NCBI GenBank assembly: GCA_044892505.1
Contig: CM097883.1
Coordinates: forward strand, 322,958,001 to 323,022,000
Length of the DNA stretch: 64,000 bases
Direction of reading: 5' to 3'
Source: Schmidtea nova
Taxonomy: Eukaryota
The first letter of the stretch is position 1, and each line of letters opens with the position of its first letter. This document shows, one piece after another, positions 1 through 9,063 of this stretch. Made by a program: the position numbers and the translations under genes. The notes under the pieces were generated by a model. It saw only the letters and a program-made list of their open reading frames with translations. It was not told the DNA's origin and ran no database searches.

Positions 1-550
1 GTTTTTATCAACAATTCTACTCCATATTTGTCTTTCTATCGTCTCAATTCAAAAATTTAATTCAAAAATTTCACTTTCGCATTTTCCGAGCAAATTATTT
101 TGCAAATTCTCCGCAAAAAATTTTTTTTCACAAATCCTGATGAAATCCATTTTGATGGCGGTATTTATGTAATTTTCTGCATGTTATTTCCATTGATGTA
201 TTAAAACAAATTGTTCTGGAAGGAATTTTCGATTCTTTCACAATTAAATCTAAGAATTTTACGCAAAATCAAATTAATATTTTTGCATAAAATTTTAATT
301 AAACTAAATAATTTATTTTTAATCCAAAATTTTATCTTTGAATTAAAGTTTATTCCAATTTAGTTACATTTTGACCAAAATTGTTTTGTTTTATATTTTT
401 TCGAATTTTTAAGACAAAATCAAAATTTTCCCTCCGAAAATATGTTAAATTTCCACAACTGAAGTTTTATGTCATGTATGCGTTCTCTACGTGCATATTC
501 AATGTGTTTTTGTCCATTCTAGTTTTTTAAATGTACTTCTATTAACCACT

Positions 551-865
551 TTGGTTTTACTTGACGTTTTGGATCAAGGAATTTTGAATTAGAACCTTGC
601 GCGCTCTACTCGTTATGTTATCGCTTCGTTTATACAATTTGTAGTTTTTGCCCAACATTAATAAAAATTAATTTTAAATGAAAGATTCATACCCATAACG
701 AAAATTTTTTGGTTTTATTTGACGTTTTGGATCAAGGAATTTTGAATTAGAACCTTGCGCGCTCTACTCGTTATGTTATCGCTTCGTTTATACAATTTGT
801 AGTTTTTGCCCAACATTAATAAAAATTAATTTTAAATGAAAGATTCATACCCATAACGAAAATTT
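551..865 (+). repeat. Tandem duplication of a ~158-bp unit
   Basis: 551-707 is repeated at 709-865. Confidence 0.9.
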
Positions 866-1387
866 AAATTTTTTAATTATTCTTTTAACGATTTAGGTAA
901 TCAATATCAAAGATACTGTAATTCATCTCACCACACTAACCCTCAAGAATGTCATAATAAAATGGAATATTATTATGGTTTAAAATATAATAAGTTTTTC
1001 TATTTTATATGTCACATAAGCATAACTTATCAAAATATTACTTATCCTGATTTTTATGATTAACATAAAGATTATTTAGATGAATTTAAAATCTCCAAAA
1101 AAGAAATCTTTAACAAATCACATAATAATTTCCAAAAAAACACAAATAATAATAATATCCAAAATAATAATCAAAATAATTTACATAAAAGAAAATGTAA
1201 TTGAGATAGAACAAGCCTGTAAAAGTATCTCGAAAAAATAATAATATTATAAAAAATATTTCGGATTCTGAAGAAAAACCTATAATAATTATTTCCAATT
1301 CAGAAGAGGATACTATAAATAATGAACTAGTAATAAATTTTGAACGAATAATAAATTTTGAGCGAATAATAAATTTTGAGCTAATAA

Positions 1388-1573
1388 AAAAATTTTGAAC
1401 CCATCCAATCTGTAAATTATCAATTTATCGAACCTTTAAATAATTATTCCGAAAATAATCTATTAATTCAACCTTTAAATAATCAATTTGGTGCTGGTTC
1501 ACTTGTTCAAAATATAACTTACGATTTAAATAATACTCATGCAATTATAACATTAGATATGGCTCCTTTAAAT
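1388..1573 (+). pseudogene. Polinton/Maverick pPolB-associated N-terminal coding fragment (segment 1, before the LTR element)
   Basis: Frame …QFGAGSLVQ…MAPLN continues in frame after the TSD at 30038 (LKSVIIPIE…KIQFCLNVKFEK). Confidence 0.55.
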
Positions 1574-1935
1574 TGTTGGGCCAGCCAAATAGAGGGAAAA
1601 GTGAAATAAAAGTAGAATAATTAAAACAAAAAGAGAAAAATAAGGTAAAAAGGGGGAATATTAATTTGTTAAAAGAAAAGAGTAATATAGTTAAAATATA
1701 GATAAATTAAGAACAAACTATAAATAAAAATAAATGAATTTCTAGATATTAACGGGCCCAGGAGACATCTAAAAACAAAATAAATACAAATAATAATAAT
1801 TAAAACCAAATAAAAGTACTTGTTATTGAATAATTGTTTTTGAAACCCAGACCTCCGAGGAAGAATACAATCTAAAAAATAAAAATTAATTAGAATCAAA
1901 AATAATAATCAAACCCACCATGAAACTGGCCGAAC

Positions 1936-2000
1936 CTGATTGGTCGGTCTAGACACGACTGATCAGTATAAATACTGATCAGATTTTTCATAAAATCAGA
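1936..2000 (+). promoter_or_regulatory. Putative LTR promoter: inverted CCAAT (ATTGG) and TATAAATA box (1967-1974) inside an 11-bp-arm palindrome
   Basis: CTGATTGG near 1936-1943, CTGATCAGTAT-AA-ATACTGATCAG at 1959-1982, and an initiator-like TCAG about 25 nt downstream. Same sequence in the 3' LTR. Confidence 0.55.
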
Positions 2001-2644
2001 CTTTGGTTGAGACTAAAATTTAGACGGTGTAAAAACTTAGACTTGTGTTCAGACGAAAAATTCACATTAGATTGTACATTGCTCCGACCGAGATCACCAC
2101 TAAGTTGATATTAACCAGGCTGATTTTCAATAGACGATCACCGTTTAGACCGATTTTAATCAAACCAATTTTCGGGATTCAATTTAGGTATTTTTGATAT
2201 ATTTACGTTTATTATTGATATTGTTGTATTCATATGTCATCACATTAAAATTTATTGATTATTTATCTCATTATGATTTATGTTTATATTTAAAATATAT
2301 AATGATCATATTAATTTTGCGCCGTTGGGAGCTCTAGGTTCCCAAGGTGTCAGTCCGTGGCGTGGTGCTCGAGGGCTCCACACACGGTAAAGTAATAAAT
2401 AACCAAATATGATTTTATTAGTAGTGGTCGAGATTTGCACATGGGACACCCAACGAATCCGGGGAATTATTTTCCGATCATTTTAGCTTTAGAGGAGGCG
2501 ATTTTCAGATAAAGTCTAACGATGTAGGATAGGAAAGAATTTTTGACTGTGAGGAGGCACAATTTTTCACCCTCACCACAGCACAGTCACTAAACCGCAG
2601 AAAATTATGTCGACCGCATTTGATACGAAAGGGGCGTCTTTCGA

Positions 2645-2650
2645 GTAAGT
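2645..2650 (+). promoter_or_regulatory. Candidate major 5' splice donor (GTAAGT) in the LTR
   Basis: Perfect GTAAGT intron consensus downstream of the putative TSS and upstream of all ORFs. Confidence 0.4.
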
Positions 2651-2935
2651 TAGGGAATACATGATGTGAGAGAGTTTCCGTTTTGAGGTATCAATGTTTC
2701 AATATCCAAGCAGACAAATCACCATTTTTCGACTATATTATTGAACAAGAACAGATAAATCTAAGCATACACGAGAGCAATGTATACCGTAACAAGCAAC
2801 AGTTTTTCTTGATTTCAGTTAAGGTCTAAGGGGAAGGCAAATAATAAAGGCATCACGATGAGAGATAACATCTACTATAATTAATTATTGATTTAAATTG
2901 TTAACTATTATAAAATTCAGCATCGTTCTAGTATC

Positions 2936-3412
2936 ATGACTAAGCACAGATTCACCATCAAAAAGCGACGAGAACGAGCCCGACTTAGCCCATTAAAGCC
3001 GGCTCCTTTTGAGATTTTGCAACAAATCCATCAAAAAATGTGGGCATGGCGCCGAGAGCTTGAAACCGCATGTCCATTTACAGTATGGGACCATCCACGG
3101 CATCACGTATGGTACCGGGGATGCGCTAGTTGGCCAATCATTCCAGACGAGGAATTCGAATCATGGCACGCCGCCTGGTTCGTTCTGATGTTAGATAAAA
3201 GAGGATTCCCGAACTGTGTAATTTATTGGGGGTTCATTCCAGCCTCTACATTCAAGGAATTGGGGTTCAAGTTCCATACAGCAATACGACCCCTTCGAGA
3301 AGCTGAGAGGATCCGTTTTCAACAGGCCTCGTCCAATATCACAGGAATCAACACAAATTTGCAAATCAGATCGATATTTTCGTACCGAGGAAAAATGACC
3401 GAAGATGAATAG
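2936..3412 (+). CDS. LTR-encoded ORF-A, 158 aa, unknown function (basic N-terminus, Trp-rich core)
   Basis: ATG preceded by acceptor-like TTCAG/CTAG, followed by AATAAA at 3443. Identical protein in the 3' LTR. Confidence 0.7.
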   Translation: MTKHRFTIKKRRERARLSPLKPAPFEILQQIHQKMWAWRRELETACPFTVWDHPRHHVWYRGCASWPIIPDEEFESWHAAWFVLMLDKRGFPNCVIYWGFIPASTFKELGFKFHTAIRPLREAERIRFQQASSNITGINTNLQIRSIFSYRGKMTEDE

Positions 3413-3732
3413 TTGAATCGATGGCCACCTGTTTTTAAATTTAATAAATGTTTTAGAGAAATCTGAAGTGTCTCATTTTGTTGATAGTATTGTAATGTAG
3501 ATTTATTAATATCCAGCGTTGTAGTTGTTATAGTCATTAGGAAATTCATTTACTAATTAGTTCAATAAATCTTTTGAGCCTTCAATAATTAGATAGTTAA
3601 ATAATTTTGCAAAGAACTCAATAATTAAAAACATTAGTATGCATCTCGTTTAATAATAATAATAGTTGTCTAAATAAAATACCATTGTTGATAGGTTCTC
3701 CAGCGAATTTATCGTTATAATATTCAGACATC

Positions 3733-4317
3733 ATGCCGGTTTCAGAAAACTCGAAGAGAATCATGGGACAAATCCAAGATAGAAAGTTGAGGGACCAGCA
3801 GCGGCAGATCAAGCGACTCACGGTCGCCAATGATGAATTGAGAGCGAAGTGGTTCTCGTCCGAACAAATGAAGGACCAATCGAAAAAACTCGAGCGAATG
3901 CAGGAAGCACTGGCCGCAACTAAATTGGAACTAGACGCCGTCCAGAGAGAACTACGAAATTGCCTAACTGCAGTAACAAGAAGCTATATCGACTCCGAAT
4001 TACGAGCGCTAATCCGGCCGATCACGGCTCAGCGCTGGACACAAAGTACTTATCAAGATGTCGCTTGCGGGACGGAAGATGGTATCCTCATGGCCCCCAC
4101 TCTTGTAACGGCCGATTTGCCTACTTTTCACAGTGATCCATCGAGAACAATGGCGTCAGCACCTGTCCTAAACCAACCGCTTCGAAAACACCGAATGGGA
4201 TCGCGACAGCGTCGTCGTCGCCGAGAATTTGCGAAGCGCCTGGACGAGCAAATCCACCACTTAAACTCCTTAACCGAAGCAGAGTTGATTCAGGAGATTA
4301 GTCTGGAGTTTGCATAG
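3733..4317 (+). CDS. LTR-encoded ORF-B, 194 aa: coiled coil, arginine-rich motif (RKHRMGSRQRRRRR), Leu-rich C-terminus
   Basis: Heptad-like charged N-half; TTCAG acceptor-like site 6 nt before the ATG; AATAAA at 4359. Confidence 0.72.
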   Translation: MPVSENSKRIMGQIQDRKLRDQQRQIKRLTVANDELRAKWFSSEQMKDQSKKLERMQEALAATKLELDAVQRELRNCLTAVTRSYIDSELRALIRPITAQRWTQSTYQDVACGTEDGILMAPTLVTADLPTFHSDPSRTMASAPVLNQPLRKHRMGSRQRRRRREFAKRLDEQIHHLNSLTEAELIQEISLEFA

Positions 4318-4881
4318 GAAAACATCAATGTCAAATAACAACCTGTTTTTATTATTTTAATAAAAGTATTTTGTGTAAATTTTGTCTCTCATCGTATGAC
4401 TTCACTAAATAAAATAAATAACTCGATTAAATCATAGAAATAGAAAATCTCATCAGTATTTTTTTCAGACCGACCGTTTCTACGTAGAGACTGATTAATT
4501 ACCTTGTAGATCAGTTAAGGAAAGTGCAATTGGGGAAAGCGTGTGATAGATCATGAGGATAGGTAGTATAAAATTCATTGGGAAACGAACATCCGTAGAA
4601 TGTAAATGCGTAAGACCTTCTATCGGCAGCAAGGACCCGAGGGAAGATAAATGGGGAGTAGTTTTGGCAACAAAGCTCACCTGCCCATCATTTTTCCAAC
4701 CCCGTATGCAGTACCAACTTGACTAGTAGGGAATAGTCAAGGGCATGCGCGTGTAGTAGTCATGTTATGTATGGTTATGGGCGTGGAATCCCTAGTATAC
4801 GTACTCATCAATAGTCGTTCAATTAATGATTAACTATTTATTTGAATTACTTAAAACCCACCCATAATCCCAGCATAAATT

Positions 4882-4899
4882 TGGGGGCTCAGCCGGGAT
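4882..4899 (+). promoter_or_regulatory. Primer binding site, tRNA-Pro type
   Basis: TGGGGGCTCAGCCGGGAT matches the MLV tRNA-Pro PBS (TGGGGGCTCGTCCGGGAT) at 16/18 and lies 6 nt after the LTR end. Confidence 0.85.
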
Positions 4900-5203
4900 C
4901 AACTTTGTTTTTATGCGGAAAAGGTGAACCCAATGACAACAGAGAAATTTAAAAATCAGAATTTTGTGAGTAGAAATAGTAACCGAAAGAGTAATCGAGA
5001 TAAAAGTGAGTCGCGTGGAAATAGATAATTACAAACAGAGAATTAAAACAAATTAGTAGATAAATTGAACAAATGCATTCATAAATAACAGGTCGGGACG
5101 ACAATTTACCGAAACACGGGGGGGCTATAAAACTGTCGGAAACGAAACACAGTACTACTTTTCCAATAATATCAACACAGTGTTTAAATAAATTATCTAG
5201 GAA

Positions 5204-5665
5204 ATGGAGGAAAAACTGAAAGAAATCGAGGAATTTTTCAACACCGAGAACGAAACATTTGAGACAGTCTGCGAAAAAATAACCCGAATAAGAGCATCCG
5301 AATATGAGGAACCTACGACACAAACGGAGGAAACAACTGAGTTAATAAAAATCATAGAGAAAGTAAATAAACTCGATATAAATACGCGATATAAATGGTA
5401 CAAAGCACGATTAGAGAATGCCGAGTTAAATATCAGATGCCGACATATGGAACAGCAGTTAAGTCTAACATATAACCGATAAATGTCGCAAGGGGTTGAG
5501 GCAGCAAAACAATATAAACAATGTTACATATGCGAAGACAGCGAAATCCAAATAATGTTTCTACCATGTGGACATTTTCGATTCTGTAAAAACTGTGCGA
5601 ATAAGTGTGATGAGTGCCCCATGTGCAATTTCTCTGTAACTGATAAAATTGTAGTTTATTTATAA
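5204..5665 (+). CDS. Coiled-coil plus C-terminal IAP-type C3HC4 RING protein, split by an in-frame TAA (5480-5482)
   Basis: ORFs 5204-5482 and 5483-5665 are in the same frame. CYICEDSEIQIMFLPCGHFRFCKNCANKCDECPMC...VYL-stop matches the IAP/MDM2-class terminal RING (Cx2C...FLPCGH...Cx2C...CPxC). Confidence 0.8.
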
Positions 5666-6140
5666 TAAATATTTAGAGTGTGTTAAAATATTGTATCGAA
5701 TGACAAAGTCTGGGGAGCAATCAACAATGTTAATTAATTTTTGAGCTACTGTCAAGTAGTCCGTTAAGCACCCATTGGGAGGTACCAGTTGATCAACCCA
5801 CTCGGGGTATATAGAAAGGGGCCAATCGCAAATGTTGGAAAGCTTTTGTGATGTGATTGATCACCACATCCTGCATTAGTAGACCAGCGCGATCTTTTTG
5901 TATATTTTGGTTGGGAGAGAAATAGGGAAACCCTAATGAGGTAGGATGCGCGCAGAGAAAATAATAAAAAATTGAAGTAGAACTGATCAGCGAAAGAATT
6001 AGTAATAAAACAAAGAATCGAGGAATTATAGAGAAAAATAAGAGGTGCATAATCAGCTCGCATGAAATTGAGAGAACTCAGCTGAGAAATTGTAGTCGCT
6101 AGCGAAGTTAAGAATTACGATTAACCGGTTAAGGAAAATT

Positions 6141-6323
6141 TATTAGAATTTGTCCCTTGAAACAAAGGGTTATTAGAATTTGTCCCTTGAAACAAAGGGT
6201 TATCAGCGGTTTGTCCCTTGAAACAAAGGGTTATTAGAATTTGTCCCTTGAAACAAAGGGTTATTAGAATTTGTCCCTTGAAACAAAGGGTTATCAGCGG
6301 GTTGTCCCTTGAAACAAAGGGTT
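6141..6323 (+). repeat. Tandem array 1: six copies of TGTCCCTTGAAACAAAGGGTT (period 30-31 bp)
   Basis: Copies at 6151, 6181, 6212, 6242, 6272 and 6303, with two alternating linker types. Confidence 0.95.
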
Positions 6324-6470
6324 GAGGCCAAAGAGCCATATTGAATGACCTAGCTAGGCGTTATTGAGAGATATGATTTAAGGCCAATAGAGCCATTTGA
6401 GATATGAATTTAAGGCCAATAGAGCCATTTGAGATAATTGATATTAATTAGAGGCCAAAGGAGCCAATAG
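6324..6470 (+). repeat. Tandem array 2: four copies of AGGCCAA(A/T)(A/G)GAGCCA
   Basis: Copies near 6325, 6381, 6413 and 6452. Confidence 0.85.
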
Positions 6471-6486
6471 GGATATCCGGATATAT

Positions 6487-6760
6487 AGCAACGGAGGGAA
6501 TATAGGCCCAGGGTTGCAATTAGTTAAAATTAAAGGAAGATAGTAACGGAGGGAATATAAGCCCAGGGTTACAATTGTTGAGAAGCAACGGAGGGAATAT
6601 AGGCCCAGGGTTGCAATTATTAAAAATTAAAGGAAGATAGTAACGGAGGGAATATAGGCCCAGGGTTACAATCGTTCGAGTAGCAACGGAGGGAATATAG
6701 GCCCAGGGTTGCAAGGGATAAGAAATAACAACAGAGGGAATATAGGCCCAGAGTTGTGAT
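6487..6760 (+). repeat. Tandem array 3: six ~33-bp hairpin-forming units (GCAAC-GGAGGGAATATAGGCCCAGG-GTTGC and variants)
   Basis: Copies near 6487, 6542, 6583, 6639, 6682 and 6727; the arms vary together. Confidence 0.92.
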
Positions 6761-7305
6761 CGTCGACGATAATGAGAATAGTGCGCACCAATAATTGAGA
6801 AATGCGAGTAAAGCTGATTATGCGACCTAAAATAATGCATGCAAGTAGAATTGAGAAATAGGAGCTGACCGGAAAGACCGGCAGAATTAATAATTAGAGG
6901 CTAGCAGAGAGAAAGATAAAGAGATGATAAAATAATAAACGAGTCAAATGACTCAGGAAATTAGAGCGTTCGAACGACAAATAAATTGGGAGACCGCGGA
7001 AAAAATAATTGATGTATTTTAATAACCGATAGATAATTGTTATGACTAAATAGATAATTGTGACCAGTATATAGATAATTTAAATAGACTTAAATAAAGG
7101 GGAATCTGGGAATGGGGAAAAATAATAGAAACCCAGTAATGAGAAGTCCCGTAAAAAGGGAATAAAAGCGCAACGATAACAATAGAGTATCGTTGAAGTG
7201 ACATTTGTATTTTAGATAAATCAATCAAATGAAACCAATCAACCAAGGAAGAAAAGAATCGGAATACGATAAGACAGGAAAATTGAGTATACAAAAGTAA
7301 TCCCG

Positions 7306-9063
7306 TTGAGAAAAGGAGAAAAGAGTGTCATAATAAAACCAACAGAGAAGAAAGTCGACAATAAAAATAAAAAAAAAGATAAGACCGGTACGATAACAAA
7401 CCCAACAAAAAAGAAGAAAGCCGGCAAAGATAGTAACAAAAACCCAAAAGGAAGTAAAGCAAGGCAGATAATAATACAGAAGTCGATTATCGAAAAAGAT
7501 AAATTATCAGTAACAAGCAACAGTTCAAGCAACAAAGAAAATCAAGCAGAACCCGAGAGAAACCCAATAAGTGAAATAGAAGTCGACAAAACCAACAACG
7601 ATTATATAGAAGAAGTAGAAGACGAAAGAGAAGAAACAGAAAGTGACGATACCGATAACGATAGTAAAGTATCGGACAACGAATCAGCAAAGGAAACTGA
7701 GATCGACATAAATTCAAGTGACGAACATAATAGTGAACTAGAAACAAGAGGAAACGAAAGTAAAATAACTACAGACAGCGGAATCGAAATGAGCGAACCC
7801 AGAGAAGAGATAAAAGACAAATTTTCCGGAGAACCGTTTAATGGAGATGCGAGTAAATTGGAAACTTTCTTAAAAGAATTTGGCATATTCGTGGAAGTAT
7901 GCAAGTGGAAACCAGAAACAACTGTAAGCAGAATTCAGCTATATTTAAAAGATAGCGCATTAGATCTATATTTGGAAGCAAAAAATGGAATTAATCCACC
8001 TACAAGTTGGTCAGCGATAAAGGACTTTTTCCAACAAACCTTCGGAATAAATAAAGTATTGAATGAGGCATTCACGGAATTCTCAATGAGGAAACAAAAG
8101 ATAAATGAATCGAATGCGGTATATGCAAGCGAATTGAAAAAGTTAGCAAAGTTGATCTTTAATCAAGACAGCCCAATAAATGAGGAGTTAATGGCAGCTA
8201 TCTTTGTGGGAGGATTAAGAAGACCCGACATAAGAGCGCAAGTTGGATGTCAAGGTTGTAAAACCATCGACCAAGCACTAGAAACAGCTAATAGATTTGA
8301 ACTACACATGATAGGAAATGATGGTAGAATCTATTTGGCTATGGATACAGCACAAAACGAACAAGAAGTGAACCTGAATAACCACATTCCAAATTCACAA
8401 CAATTAAACCGACCACCACCGCAACGAAGGAATGAAGGGAATAAAGTATCAAATTTCGGAAATCAAAGCAATTACAACCCCCAAGGACCAACGAAACAAT
8501 GCAAAACATGTGGGAAATTGGGACATTGGCAACAAGAATGTTATCAGAACTTGAATTGTGGAAAATGTGGAGTAAAAGGACATTCAGAGAGCAGATGTTA
8601 CACAATAACCTGTTTTAATTGTGGACGACCTGGACACCTATCAAGAAAGTGCGGACAAAGAAGCAATCAACGAGGAAACTGGCAGAATATTGGAAACCGA
8701 CCAAACTATGGAAACCAACCAACTGGTGGGAACCAACCGAATTATGGGAATCAGCCAAATAATGGAAACCGACCGGAATACGGAAACCAGCAAAATAATA
8801 ATAATAATAACCAAAATAAAAACACCCCTAAAGAAATACATTTAATGCAAGAGGTTCAAAGATTGACGGAGCTGATAAACAATACAAACAGAGGAAATCC
8901 GCAAACAGGTCAACAACAAATCAACATGATGAGAAAAATAGAAAGCGAAAACGAACGATTGAATCGGGAAAGTCAAGCACGACATGCTCAGGAATGGGCA
9001 AGAATACAAAGAGAAGAGGAACAAAAAACAGCAAGAAAGAGAACGACAACCTCTAAGAATTAA
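7306..9063 (+). CDS. gag: Gag: K/DE-rich N-extension, capsid-like domain, three CCHC zinc knuckles, Q/N-rich repeats
   Basis: FNGDASKLETFL retrotransposon-gag-like segment and knuckles CKTCGKLGHWQQEC, CGKCGVKGHSESRC, CFNCGRPGHLSRKC. The listed start is TTG; the first in-frame ATG is at 7789. Confidence 0.93.
   Translation: MRKGEKSVIIKPTEKKVDNKNKKKDKTGTITNPTKKKKAGKDSNKNPKGSKARQIIIQKSIIEKDKLSVTSNSSSNKENQAEPERNPISEIEVDKTNNDYIEEVEDEREETESDDTDNDSKVSDNESAKETEIDINSSDEHNSELETRGNESKITTDSGIEMSEPREEIKDKFSGEPFNGDASKLETFLKEFGIFVEVCKWKPETTVSRIQLYLKDSALDLYLEAKNGINPPTSWSAIKDFFQQTFGINKVLNEAFTEFSMRKQKINESNAVYASELKKLAKLIFNQDSPINEELMAAIFVGGLRRPDIRAQVGCQGCKTIDQALETANRFELHMIGNDGRIYLAMDTAQNEQEVNLNNHIPNSQQLNRPPPQRRNEGNKVSNFGNQSNYNPQGPTKQCKTCGKLGHWQQECYQNLNCGKCGVKGHSESRCYTITCFNCGRPGHLSRKCGQRSNQRGNWQNIGNRPNYGNQPTGGNQPNYGNQPNNGNRPEYGNQQNNNNNNQNKNTPKEIHLMQEVQRLTELINNTNRGNPQTGQQQINMMRKIESENERLNRESQARHAQEWARIQREEEQKTARKRTTTSKN

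Larger units (their letters stand above)
1574..4875 (+). repeat. 5' LTR (3,302 bp)
   Basis: Starts TG and ends CA; repeated at 26734-30033. Confidence 0.97.

Noticed and set aside
1-550. Possible minus-strand coding remnant at the window start
   Set aside because: Stops are present and I recognised no motif.
5204-5482. BIR domain upstream of the IAP-type RING
   Set aside because: No Cx2C…H…C BIR signature; the segment looks coiled-coil, so the gene is not called a full IAP.
6141-6323. CRISPR-like appearance of regularly spaced palindromic repeats
   Set aside because: Linkers are only 9-10 nt and recur in two types rather than being unique spacers; there are no cas genes and the context is a eukaryotic retroelement.
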